DNA of 64,000 nucleotides from a virus (Duplodnaviria; Caudoviricetes): IMG/VR virus record IMGVR_UViG_2909979649_000004; one strand, 5' to 3'. Shown piece by piece: positions 56,757 to 64,000 of this stretch (position 1 is its first letter; each line of letters starts with the position of its first letter). The notes under the pieces were generated by a model. It saw only the letters and a program-made list of their open reading frames with translations, ran no database searches and was not told where the DNA came from. The position numbers and the translations under genes were made by a program.

Positions 56757-57782
56757 TCACGATTCATTATACAGGCTATTAGGCAAGTCAAATTGAATTT
56801 GGTTTCCTGATAAATATTCGTTCAATTGCAAAAAAGTTTCCGATAAGGGACGAATTTCATTATCGGTATACACCTGGCTGATTTTTTGGATATCCCCAAA
56901 GCCACCCGTATTTTCGGGCATAATACCCGCGAGGGCAGGGGGCATTCGCCAGGCACTGATAATGTCATTGCGGCTGATATTTTTAATCCGCTCAAATTCA
57001 TCCTTAGTGGCAATATCGCCAACGGGAATTATTTTTACCGAATGCTCGTTACCGTTAGGAATATGTAAAAATAAACTCCGAAAGTTGCCGACACCTTTGG
57101 AGTGCTTGAGTTTATTTTGCATCATGGCCACGCCTTCAGGGCTTAAACCCGGGTCATTGGTATAAAAAATAAAACCCGCATGGGCACCATTATCATAATA
57201 ACGACGCCGAAATAAGGTGGCGGATTCATTTAATAATACCGAATGCATGGCACTGAGATATTCAGGGATGCCATACAACTGTTGATTGACGTCGTATTCC
57301 ATTAATCCAATAATTTCCCCCTTTTTAAATGACGTGAGTTTTCTATCAGGGTTGAGCCAGTAATATTGATCCGGTTTTACCCCTTTGCGGATATTAATCG
57401 CAGGCACATGTTGTAAACGGATAGTTTGTTTAAAAGGATTAAGCAGGCGCTTAAAGTAACAGTTACCAAACACATTAAAATCATAGCAAGCCCTATACAT
57501 CGCTTGTCGGGGTAATAAGTCGCAGGGCTTATAATGTTTGACTAGCATATTGCGTTTAAATCCAGCACAGGCACTGTGATGGGGGTTAGCCCGTAATAAC
57601 TTAGCCAAGCCTGTTAAGCTTACCGGGGGCTCGTAATACTCGCCGTTATGGTTGGCAAACACCCCTAAAAAATCCTGTAGGTGGGTAGCCAGCACCGATT
57701 CAGGATCACCAAAACTGAACACCGTGGCTTCTTGGGGAATAGGTAGGTTCGGCTTATTTTTTTGTGTTGTTTGGCTCGACAT
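56757..57782 (-). CDS. Portal protein, P2 gpQ/PBSX family
   Basis: FSFGDPE, YYEPP, YGIPEY, LLNESATLFRRRYY.NGAHAG, GGFGD. Confidence 0.95.
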   Translation of the reverse strand: MSSQTTQKNKPNLPIPQEATVFSFGDPESVLATHLQDFLGVFANHNGEYYEPPVSLTGLAKLLRANPHHSACAGFKRNMLVKHYKPCDLLPRQAMYRACYDFNVFGNCYFKRLLNPFKQTIRLQHVPAINIRKGVKPDQYYWLNPDRKLTSFKKGEIIGLMEYDVNQQLYGIPEYLSAMHSVLLNESATLFRRRYYDNGAHAGFIFYTNDPGLSPEGVAMMQNKLKHSKGVGNFRSLFLHIPNGNEHSVKIIPVGDIATKDEFERIKNISRNDIISAWRMPPALAGIMPENTGGFGDIQKISQVYTDNEIRPLSETFLQLNEYLSGNQIQFDLPNSLYNES

Positions 57783-57784
57783 GA

Positions 57785-59539
57785 TTAATCCTCAAAGGCC
57801 CAAGTGGAAGCTTGCTGGTATTCGGTGTTAATGGGTTCGTTGAATAACGCATGTAAAATGGCAAAGGCGACATCCGCATGACCGGTTTCCTGGGTGCGAT
57901 TGGCGCTATAGGTAATTTGTCCACTGGGTGTTGTGGTTTGTTTGATGGTTAAAAAGGCATGGGGAATATCCTGCATTTCCGCATCAAAGGCCAGGCGGCC
58001 TTTCCGGATGACATCTAAGCCTTTTAATACCAATTGGTTTTTCGTATCGACACTGTAATTGATGGCCCGGGCATAGGGGAAAAAGCCCCGCACTAAATCA
58101 TAGACACCCCGACCAATGCCGGTGATATCAATGCCAATATGCTGGACATTAAAGCGTTGCGTCAGTTGTCGGATTTGCTGGGCTTGATAAGAAAAGTCAG
58201 CGTTATACCACTGGTGTTTTTCCAATACCCGGAACTTGTCGCCATAGGCGGGGTTCGGTGGGGCAACGACCACACAGGTGGCGGCGTCCTGGGTGCAGCT
58301 AGGATCAAAGCCCAACCATACGGCATTATCACCAAAGGGGCGGGTTTCGTGGGGTTCATAATCCAACCAGAATAATCGGTCTGAGCAGCACTTTTCTAAA
58401 TCGCTAAGCTTGAAGACACTTTGCTTATCATCAATAAACTGGCACATCAGCAAGTTGTTGAATTCATCCTCGGAATATTCCAAGCGTAATTGCTCAATAT
58501 CAAATAAATCACAGCCACCGGCTAAGGCATCCTCAATGGTAATGATTTGCCGGTATTGACCATCCGGGCATAACGCCCCCTTGGCTAATTCATCATTGGT
58601 CGGAAAGGCCATGTCTTTATGTTTCTTTTTAAAGGCTGTGGCCGTCCAGAACGGGTAAGCATCATGACCCACGGCACTGGGTGTGGAAAAATACGTCTTA
58701 CGCCATTTTTTGTGCATGGCCATGCCGGAGGCGACGGTATTAATCTTTTTAAATTTGGGTATCCAAAAATACTCATCGGTATACACATGGCCGTGATAAC
58801 TTTGGGCAGTACTGGCATTGGTCGACACAAAACGTAATTCGGCGCCATTGCTTAAGGTAATCGGATCACCTTTTAATTCCAGGTCAAACCAATCCTTGGC
58901 AAACTGAGTAATATAGCTGCGGAACATTTCAGCCTGGGCACGGCTGGCGGATAAAAAGATTTGGTTATCGCCCGTCAGTACCGCATCCTCAAAGGCTTCC
59001 CCTGCAAAGTAATAGGTGAGCCCGATCTGACGGCTTTTTAAAATATTACGAATCCGGTTTAAGCTGGGATCATTTTTTACGGCCCGTAACGCCCGTTGAT
59101 AATCAAATAGCTGACTGATAAATTTTTGCTGAAAATCCTCAGCCGTGAGTTTACTGATATCATTTTTAATTTGCTTACGTTTCTTACGGGGCTTATCTGA
59201 ACGGCTGTTGTCACTCTCGTTACCCATTGGTTCTATATGAGATACGACACTGGCTTTAGGCTTCTGCAATTTAGCTAACTGGCTGACTAGCCGATCCATT
59301 TCGTTAAGTTCCCGATCGGTCTTATTTTCCCGGCTGGATAAGATAATTAAGCGACGGGATAGGGCAGACTCGGCGGTTTCACTTTGAATTAAATCGGTCC
59401 AGCCTTCCTGGGCGGCCCAATAATAAATAATCCGTTTCGATTCAATGCCTAATTGTTTGGCAATTTCAGGGACGCGGTGGCGTTGTAAATATAATTGTTT
59501 GGCTTGTTGTTTGGTGTCATCAGAATATTTCATAGGCAA
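57785..59539 (-). CDS. Terminase ATPase subunit (P2 gpP)
   Basis: LKSRQIG.TYYFA.EA, DEYFWI, TYFSTPS, G.DP, GHAD. Confidence 0.95.
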   Translation of the reverse strand: MPMKYSDDTKQQAKQLYLQRHRVPEIAKQLGIESKRIIYYWAAQEGWTDLIQSETAESALSRRLIILSSRENKTDRELNEMDRLVSQLAKLQKPKASVVSHIEPMGNESDNSRSDKPRKKRKQIKNDISKLTAEDFQQKFISQLFDYQRALRAVKNDPSLNRIRNILKSRQIGLTYYFAGEAFEDAVLTGDNQIFLSASRAQAEMFRSYITQFAKDWFDLELKGDPITLSNGAELRFVSTNASTAQSYHGHVYTDEYFWIPKFKKINTVASGMAMHKKWRKTYFSTPSAVGHDAYPFWTATAFKKKHKDMAFPTNDELAKGALCPDGQYRQIITIEDALAGGCDLFDIEQLRLEYSEDEFNNLLMCQFIDDKQSVFKLSDLEKCCSDRLFWLDYEPHETRPFGDNAVWLGFDPSCTQDAATCVVVAPPNPAYGDKFRVLEKHQWYNADFSYQAQQIRQLTQRFNVQHIGIDITGIGRGVYDLVRGFFPYARAINYSVDTKNQLVLKGLDVIRKGRLAFDAEMQDIPHAFLTIKQTTTPSGQITYSANRTQETGHADVAFAILHALFNEPINTEYQQASTWAFED

Positions 59540-59752
59540 ATATCAGTGGCAAGGTTAAGGTGTGCGTTAATAATAAAAGACCTTGAGCAAAAAATAATTC
59601 AGTGGATTTGCTGGTTTTTCCTAAAATTACCTCGCTATGCAAAAACAGCAAAATAGCGAAAATCATCCCGTTGCTCGCCTGTCAAAAAGCCATTAATTTT
59701 AAATCCAACCTTAGGGGAATGACTGAAATAACCAACCGGAAAACGTATTAAG
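59540..59752. promoter_or_regulatory. Divergent late promoter region (P/O)
   Basis: Intergenic region between divergent P and O as in P2; sites not resolved. Confidence 0.5.
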
Positions 59753-60616
59753 ATGGCAACCACTGATTGGCTTTGTATCATGAAAAGCGGCCCGACAATT
59801 GATGGTCGGGAGATTGAGCCGCAAGCCATTATGGATATGGCAGCGTCGTATAATCCAGCGGAATATACCGCCATGATTTGGTATGAGCATTTCCGCTTTT
59901 ATGGCAATTTCGGTCAGGTGGTAGAATTGAAAACGGAGACGGATGATCAAGACCGGCAATGCTTGTTTGCGAAAATCAAACCCAACCAGAAGCTGTATAC
60001 ACTGAATGAACAGCAGCAACAATTATTTTTCTCGGGTGAAATTTTGCCGGATTTTCGTAAGACAGGTAAGGCTTATTTATTTGGCTTAGCCATTACGGAT
60101 CAACCTGCCAGTGTGGGCACCTCGCAGTTACATTTTAGCCATCGCCGTCAAGCGTCAGAGAGTTATTTCAGTCAACCCCTGCAATTCAGTTATGAGGACA
60201 TCGCTGAGCCAGAGTCCTGGTTTAGCCGTGTCTTTAATCGCGATAAATCCGTTCAGGAACAAGGCAAACCAATGGATGAAAAGCAATTTACCCAACTGAT
60301 GGACAGCCAGCAAAAAAACGCGGATGCCATCAAACAACTAACGGAAACGTTAGCGACATTCAATGCAGCATCACCAGCACAACAAGAGGCATCTACTGCA
60401 GAAACATCCTCAACCACTGAAAAGCCTGCTGATAACCCGGCGAATAACACAGAGGAAGAGACTGACAAGAATACAAGTGGTGTCTCTGCAGAAGAGTTTA
60501 ACTGCCTTAAGCAGTCCTTTGAAAAACTACAAGGCGTCATTAAACAATTGTCGGTTGAGGGTACTGTTGTCCCTCTGGGTGCTGGCCCTGCAGATGATTA
60601 TGAAGAGGTGCTGTAA
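59753..60616 (+). CDS. Capsid scaffolding/protease (P2 gpO)
   Basis: G.TIDGREI..MA.SY..Y.A.IW.EH..YL.GLAITD.PASVGT. Confidence 0.95.
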   Translation: MATTDWLCIMKSGPTIDGREIEPQAIMDMAASYNPAEYTAMIWYEHFRFYGNFGQVVELKTETDDQDRQCLFAKIKPNQKLYTLNEQQQQLFFSGEILPDFRKTGKAYLFGLAITDQPASVGTSQLHFSHRRQASESYFSQPLQFSYEDIAEPESWFSRVFNRDKSVQEQGKPMDEKQFTQLMDSQQKNADAIKQLTETLATFNAASPAQQEASTAETSSTTEKPADNPANNTEEETDKNTSGVSAEEFNCLKQSFEKLQGVIKQLSVEGTVVPLGAGPADDYEEVL

Positions 60617-61629
60617 TGCGCACGGAAACCCAACAAAAATTTAATAAACTCAAGCGCGACCTGGCGCATACCTACAACGTTAGCAATGTTGCGCATAAAT
60701 TTAATGTCACCCCAACCGTTAGCCAAAAACTGAATGATAAAATTGTTGCCAGCAATCCCTTGCTGCAAAAAATCAATGTGATTCCAGTGGATGAATTACA
60801 AGGGGAAAAGGTTTTTTTAGGGGTATCAAGTTCAGTTACGGGTCGTACTAACACCAAAGAAAACGACCGCCAGCCAAAAAACTTAGTGCAGTTAGATAAC
60901 GATGGTTATCAATTGTATAAGACTGAATCTGACGTCTGTATTAGCTATGAGCAGATGGATGTGTGGGCGAAGTTTAAAGACTTTGCTAGCCGTTATAGCA
61001 ATGCGGTACAGCATCAAATGGGCGTGGATCGGATTAAAGTCGGCTGGTATGGCAAAGAAGCAGCCCCGCAGACTGATCCAAAAAAACACCCACTCTTACA
61101 GGATGTGAATAAAGGCTGGCTGCAAATCATGCGGGAAAAAGCCCCAGGCCAAATCTTATCAAAAGGGGATGATAAACCGATTATTTTAGGGACCGATTAC
61201 CCGAACTTAGATGCGTTAGCCATTGATTTAAAGTACATGATTGGTGAACCGTTTCAGGCGGATTCTGATTTAGTGTTTTTAGTGGGCAGTGAATTAATTG
61301 GCCATTACCACATGCGGCTATACCACTTGCAAGGGGAAACCCCATCGGAAAAAGAGCGCATCGAAAATCAACAGGTGATCCAAACCATTGGCGGCCTACC
61401 ATCGTATAGCTTCCCGGGGATGCCCTCACGGTTAGCGATGGTGACCAGTTTCAACAATCTATCGTTGTATTTTCAAAGCAGCTCCTGGCGTAAGCAAGTG
61501 GTGGATAATCCACGACGGGATCAGGTGGAGGATTACAACTCGCGTAATGAAGGCTATGTAGTCGAGCAATACGAAAAAGTCGCCTTTATTGAGCCAGACC
61601 AAATCCAGTTTAAGGGTGAGTCTGAATAA
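60616..61629 (+). CDS. Major capsid protein (P2 gpN)
   Basis: F.VTP..Q.L, DRIKVGWYG, PLLQDVNKGWLQ, NLSLYFQ, NEGYVVE. Confidence 0.95.
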   Translation: MRTETQQKFNKLKRDLAHTYNVSNVAHKFNVTPTVSQKLNDKIVASNPLLQKINVIPVDELQGEKVFLGVSSSVTGRTNTKENDRQPKNLVQLDNDGYQLYKTESDVCISYEQMDVWAKFKDFASRYSNAVQHQMGVDRIKVGWYGKEAAPQTDPKKHPLLQDVNKGWLQIMREKAPGQILSKGDDKPIILGTDYPNLDALAIDLKYMIGEPFQADSDLVFLVGSELIGHYHMRLYHLQGETPSEKERIENQQVIQTIGGLPSYSFPGMPSRLAMVTSFNNLSLYFQSSSWRKQVVDNPRRDQVEDYNSRNEGYVVEQYEKVAFIEPDQIQFKGESE

Positions 61630-62303
61630 TGTTAAGCCTCGCCATGCGCCAAAAACAGCAGCAAGCCCAGGCGATCCAGACGGCGGAACGGGTGCCGTAT
61701 AGTCCCGAAACCGCCTTTGCCACCCTGGCCAATGCCAAGCAGTTATGCCAGTTACAATTGCGTGGGCTACGGGTGGATTTAGAGGCGTTAAAAAAACTGC
61801 AGGGGTATCACACGAAAGCCGATTATAAACGCCAGTTGATCCCTAAATACCTGGATTATATTGACCGCTATTTAGCGTCTAACTGGCAACACCCTAATGA
61901 AGTATTGGTGTATTTGGTGATATGGCATTTTGATACCAATCAATTAGCCAAAGGCTTAGCCCTGGCTGAAATTGCTATACAACAACAGCAACCCATGCCT
62001 GAACATTTTAGACGCCGGGACATGGCCACCTTTGTGTGTGATGAGGTGTTACAGAAAGTAGAGAGGCAAATAGATGGTGCTGACGCCCTTTATATACAAA
62101 CCCTGGCGTATATCGAAACCGGCCAGTGGGACGTCGTGCGAGAAGTCAAAGCCCGGTTTTTTAAATTAGCGGCGATTCAAGCAGAAGAAAAAAACCAGCT
62201 GGAAACGGCGTTAGCCTATTTCGAAAAAGCCCATGGCTGTTGGGAAAAAATTCAAGTGAAAACCAAATTGGAAAAATTACGGAAAAAATTAACGAACCAT
62301 TAA
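61629..62303 (+). CDS. Terminase endonuclease subunit (P2 gpM)
   Basis: K..YKR.L.PKY..IW.FD..AI..MPE.F. Confidence 0.9.
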   Translation: MLSLAMRQKQQQAQAIQTAERVPYSPETAFATLANAKQLCQLQLRGLRVDLEALKKLQGYHTKADYKRQLIPKYLDYIDRYLASNWQHPNEVLVYLVIWHFDTNQLAKGLALAEIAIQQQQPMPEHFRRRDMATFVCDEVLQKVERQIDGADALYIQTLAYIETGQWDVVREVKARFFKLAAIQAEEKNQLETALAYFEKAHGCWEKIQVKTKLEKLRKKLTNH

Positions 62304-62415
62304 TTAACCGGCTCTCCCCCAACCGGCCGGGCCACCCAACCAAAAAGCAACGCTAGTTTACCTTTTTGGATTGGGTTGTGCCTTGGCCGCCTAATTCGAA
62401 GATACAAAACAGATT

Positions 62416-62874
62416 ATGAGTATTCGAGACAGTTTATATCAACCCGCCACCGCCGTGATCACCAGCGAGGCATTTTACCCGACGGTATCGGTAGGGGAAT
62501 TTCAACAACATTACCGGTTGCATGAATACACTGAGGATTTAATTGAGAGCGAATTAATTCAAGCCGTCATTACAATTAATGGTCAGCTGGAAGCGTTTAA
62601 AAATCAATTAATAAAAAAGGGATATAAAACCCTCGCTGAACGACCTAGCCCCGATTTAAATGGTCAACACCGGGACGTGTTTTTATACCAACGGGCCGTC
62701 ATGAGTTTAGCGAAAGCCCATGTGTTAAAACAATACCAGGTGATTTTTACCAGTGAAAAAGCCGAGCATGTGGCCAAAACCAATGAAGACACTTACGACT
62801 TTTGGTTAGCCATTTCGCAACGCTCCTTGTGTCAGTTACAAGGCCAGTCATTTATAACGGCAGAGTTATTATGA
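62416..62874 (+). CDS. Head completion protein (P2 gpL)
   Basis: FYP..F..R..Y.RAV..AKA..ELL. Confidence 0.9.
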   Translation: MSIRDSLYQPATAVITSEAFYPTVSVGEFQQHYRLHEYTEDLIESELIQAVITINGQLEAFKNQLIKKGYKTLAERPSPDLNGQHRDVFLYQRAVMSLAKAHVLKQYQVIFTSEKAEHVAKTNEDTYDFWLAISQRSLCQLQGQSFITAELL

Positions 62875-63323
62875 AAAAACTCACGGCCTTAAAAAACTAT
62901 TTAATTCAGCTACAGGTGGTCACACCAGAAAAACTTGTGGCTTACCCGGAAAATAACCGGATTGATATTATTAGTAAACCCGGTGAAAAAGGGCTGGAAA
63001 TTAGCCAAGTGACTTATGATGCCATCTTTGAAATGGATCAGGTCAAAGTCAGTTATACGGCGCTGGTCGCGATTATCAGTGCCTGGTTAGCCGAGCAGGA
63101 TACAGCGCGAAATAATCAAGCCGTAGGGCAGCCCCAGTTTGATTATGATCCGACGGATAATCACACCGCTGATATTCAGCTCAGTATCGAATTTTGTGAG
63201 CCGGTGTATTTAGTGGAAACCGAACACGGCCCGATTAATTATGATCATCAACGTTATGACACCGGCGATTATGATTTATGGGTTGCTGAAACCGGAGAGG
63301 TAACCGATGGCAGCACCCGTTAA
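62871..63323 (+). CDS. Tail completion protein (P2 gpR-like)
   Basis: MKKL..L..WL..D..AD..I.F.E.V..GPI. Confidence 0.85.
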   Translation: MKKLTALKNYLIQLQVVTPEKLVAYPENNRIDIISKPGEKGLEISQVTYDAIFEMDQVKVSYTALVAIISAWLAEQDTARNNQAVGQPQFDYDPTDNHTADIQLSIEFCEPVYLVETEHGPINYDHQRYDTGDYDLWVAETGEVTDGSTR

Positions 63324-63969
63324 TCCTATTCAAGTGCAGCACAACGGGCTGAGTATTCGCCAGCAATTAGCGGTGTTACAGCTGCCGCCCAACAAACAAC
63401 GCCAATTGTTGTGGAAAGCCGGAAAAGCCGTACAAAAAAACAGTCGCCAGCGGATTCGGTTACAAAAAACATTATCCGGCCAGGGGATGGCTGCCCGGAA
63501 AGATCGCCGGAATCGCAAAAAAATGTTGCGGGGATTAGGGCGTAAAATGGGGGTAACGGCGGATAGCCGACAAGCGGTGATTGGTTGGCAAAATGCACTC
63601 ACAGCCAACATTGCCAAACGGCAACAAGAAGGCTTGAGCCAGCCCGTCAGTAAAAACGATCTGCCGCGCATTTCCCGGGCGACCTATGACGGCCCTTGTA
63701 CCAAAGGGATGGCCAGGGCATTAATTCAACATGGCTTTACCATTAAGCGTGCCAGTGGCAATGGTCGAAAACGGCCCACGCAAAATTGGATTAAGCAGCA
63801 TTTAACCTTTGGTATGGCAGGGGCCATATTGCGGGAATTATTAAATAAACCGCAGCAATCCCGGTGGCGGATTCCTTTGGAAGCACGGCCTTTTTTAGGT
63901 GCCACCGACAACGAAATTAATCAAATTCTTGACCAGCAATTACACCAATTAATGCAAGCAATGAGGTAA
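63307..63969 (+). CDS. Virion morphogenesis protein (P2 gpS-like)
   Basis: R.RI..Q..G..RK..KMLR.L..IA..Q.G..ARPFLG. Confidence 0.88.
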   Translation: MAAPVNPIQVQHNGLSIRQQLAVLQLPPNKQRQLLWKAGKAVQKNSRQRIRLQKTLSGQGMAARKDRRNRKKMLRGLGRKMGVTADSRQAVIGWQNALTANIAKRQQEGLSQPVSKNDLPRISRATYDGPCTKGMARALIQHGFTIKRASGNGRKRPTQNWIKQHLTFGMAGAILRELLNKPQQSRWRIPLEARPFLGATDNEINQILDQQLHQLMQAMR

Positions 63970-63974
63970 TCACC

Positions 63975-64000
63975 ATGGCACTGGGACGGGTCACGGTTAA
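63975..64000 (+). CDS. Start of probable tail sheath (HP1-type, DUF2586-like), truncated by window
   Basis: SD GAGG; MALGRVTV after gpS; only 8 codons visible. Confidence 0.5.

Larger units (their letters stand above)
47288..64000. mobile_element. Prophage 2 (lambdoid early region, P2/HP1-like virion genes), continues beyond window
   Basis: int-xis, repressor, O/P, ogr, Q-P / O-N-M-L-R-S gene order. Confidence 0.92.

Overview
The window is almost entirely two adjacent temperate prophages in an AT-rich gammaproteobacterial chromosome. They meet at a 23-bp fragment of a tmRNA (ssrA)-like 3' end (47288-47310) that has IHF boxes and integrase arm repeats on both sides. Prophage 1 (<1874 to ~47310) has a lambda-type head, P2-type contractile tail, Q late control, primase-polymerase replication, a Sak4/SSB/exonuclease/helicase module and xis-int. 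It looks packaging-defective: terL is split by an IS1595-family element with an 8-bp TSD and terS has a frameshift in an A9 run. Prophage 2 (47288 to >64000) has a closely related int-xis-csrA early module in inverted orientation, lambda O/P replication and a P2/HP1-type head/tail module. Best candidates for undescribed biology: (1) two secreted precursors built as signal peptide + short two-Cys peptide + S74 self-cleaving chaperone domain, inside the lysis cassette; (2) in both prophages, the cro position holds a promoter-structured RNA-terminator unit with 10-nt complementarity to ribosome-binding sites of that phage's early genes; (3) three copies of an orphan attI-like site, each loaded with attC-bounded integron cassettes, with no intact intI in the window; (4) a GTP cyclohydrolase II / SDR / LOG-family cargo trio; (5) an unannotated three-microprotein operon antisense within the head operon. 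All family calls come from motif recognition by eye; no searches were run.
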